Source of the DNA: Balamuthia mandrillaris
Lineage: Eukaryota
NCBI GenBank assembly: GCA_031835245.2
Contig: JAVKOQ020000100.1
Span: 1-64,000 of the forward strand
Direction of reading: 5' to 3'
Length of the DNA stretch: 64,000 nucleotides
Of the stretch, positions 62,386-64,000 are shown piece after piece (positions within the stretch are counted from its first letter, which is position 1; each line of letters begins with the position of its first letter). The notes below the pieces were generated by a model. That model was given only the letters and a program-made list of their open reading frames with translations, was not told the DNA's origin and ran no database searches. The position numbers were made by a program, and so were the translations under genes.

Positions 62386-63630
62386 TTCCTCTCTTCTCTT
62401 TCCCTGGCCTTACGAACTCATGAAAGCAAAAAACTTTGTACTTTTGTGATTTGCACCGGCCAAAAAACAACAAGTGAAAGTATTCACTCGCATAGTGTTG
62501 GAAAGAACTTATCTCTTTCATTCGCTGCTAATCCCAGCTATTTATTACTGAGAGAAATATCATCCGGATGCTACACATTACACTTCTACTCTTTACTCCT
62601 TTTTCCTTCAATTCAAAGTGTTAACAATGCATCAATAATAGATGGCATAGTACAAATGGCATGTAAGAAGTTGCTCAAGGACAAAGGCAAAACGGTTGCT
62701 TGGAGCAAGGATTTGGCCACCACAAACCTTCTCATCCAACTTTTGTCATTTCTCATCGAATTCGATCTTTCTACAGTTCGTCTATCTCTCTCCTCCCACC
62801 TATTATTTTCCTTCGTTCTGTTTGCCTTCTTCCGATAACTAATTATAACTTCTTCCTTCTACAAAGGCACCATTGCATCTCATCAACGCATTAGCAGCTG
62901 CAATTTCTATCGGCGCCCTCGATCTCCTCTCCCAACTGTGCAACGACGATGGTGAGTTACCTGACTCCGAGTCGCTTCACCATGTGCTTATGCATCTGTC
63001 CGAGCCGATGCCTCTCTTCTCCAAGTTTACAGCTGGCATCGACCAGCGACAGCAACGAACTGGTGTTGGTCCTCAACATGATGATGGAGAGGCCGTGTTG
63101 ATGGCTGCTATGGCTAATTTATGTTTGGCTGCTTTGCACAGTCCTCAAACGTACTTCTTTTCAAATTCTTCTTCTGTTCTCTTTTCTCCATTCTTCTCTT
63201 GCTTGAGTGCTCACCTCATCTATTTTCTCTCTTCTATTTTTCGCTTTTGCTATTTATGTTTTTCTTTCTTCTCGCTTCTTTCTGCTTTGCTGATGATAAA
63301 CAGCGGAGCGACTTCTCAGCAAAGAAGACGTTATTGTCGTGCTATGACTGCAGCCGTTTTGTATCACAACAAGTGCAATCGGGAGCGAAACACTTTTGAT
63401 ATGAAAAGATCTCCTATCCAAGTACGACCTGCCTTTCGTTTTTTCTCTTTTGTTTGTCTCTCCTTTTCGCTCATGCTCTCATCAACCGACAGATTGTGCA
63501 ATGCTTGGAAATGCTGAGACGTCAAAGGGAGACGAAGCTGCTGGACCTCATCCTATCTTCCATCCCTCGTCCTCAATGGCAACACCTGTCCTTTGACCTC
63601 CAAACCTTCCTCCTCCACCACAAATTGTAA
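60172..63630 (+). CDS. F-box protein with degenerate Rho-like GTPase domain and C-terminal helical region; may instead end at 61785 with a second gene downstream
   Basis: F-box LPWELSFKIW...LSLVCQSWHRLA; Rho-like IKVVVVGDERSFKT, YLPTIF, ETAG, KEKWVSEVRRYMPDIPIIIV. Further in-frame exons run to ...LLHHKL-stop at 63630. Confidence 0.65.
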
Positions 63631-64000
63631 AAGAAAACAGTTTTTGTTTTTTGTTTTTTGTTTTTTGATTTCCAATTGGTGATGCTTGTGGATCGAATCA
63701 GAGATTAGATCAAAAATTCAAACAGATCGATCGACTCGGAGAAATAGTGAAAGTATCCGCGGAGAAATAATTAAGGTATCACCTTACCTTAATCCGTAAC
63801 TTAAAAAAAAAAAGAAAGGAAGGAAGGAAGACAAAAGAAAAGGGGCTCGTGGTCGGTTCAAGTACCTCTGCTTATTTATTTATTTTTATTGTTGGTTACC
63901 TCTCTGTCTCTCTCTCTCTCTCTCTTTTTTTCTTTTGTTTTTTGTGTGGAGTGTTGATTTATTTTTGATTTCTGGTGCAAGCAAACACGATGAGCGGTTC

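Overview
This is eukaryotic nuclear DNA: compact, rich in short GT-AG introns with pyrimidine- and microsatellite-filled interiors, and with many head-to-head gene pairs. The style fits a free-living amoeba or other protist (inference). Recognisable genes are a family A DNA polymerase (Pol theta/nu-like), p24/TMED10, an ankyrin + talin-like protein, GINS4/SLD5, a myosin-DEP-RhoGAP, NOL10, importin-7/8, a DOMON copper monooxygenase, a kinesin, TPX2, a 2H phosphoesterase-RRM protein and an F-box + pseudo-Rho protein. The main discovery is at about 35.5-55.7 kb: four tandem, divergently transcribed gene PAIRS. Each pair encodes a type I membrane protein (gene A, minus strand) and a secreted protein (gene B, plus strand). 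A and B share one architecture: signal peptide, Cys-rich DUF4773-like beta region, PSI-like domain, EF-hands. The four pairs look intact but are strongly diverged, which suggests an undescribed matched receptor/ligand (self-recognition or toxin-immunity) cassette system. Gene spans are hand-spliced from the sequence, so exon boundaries are approximate.
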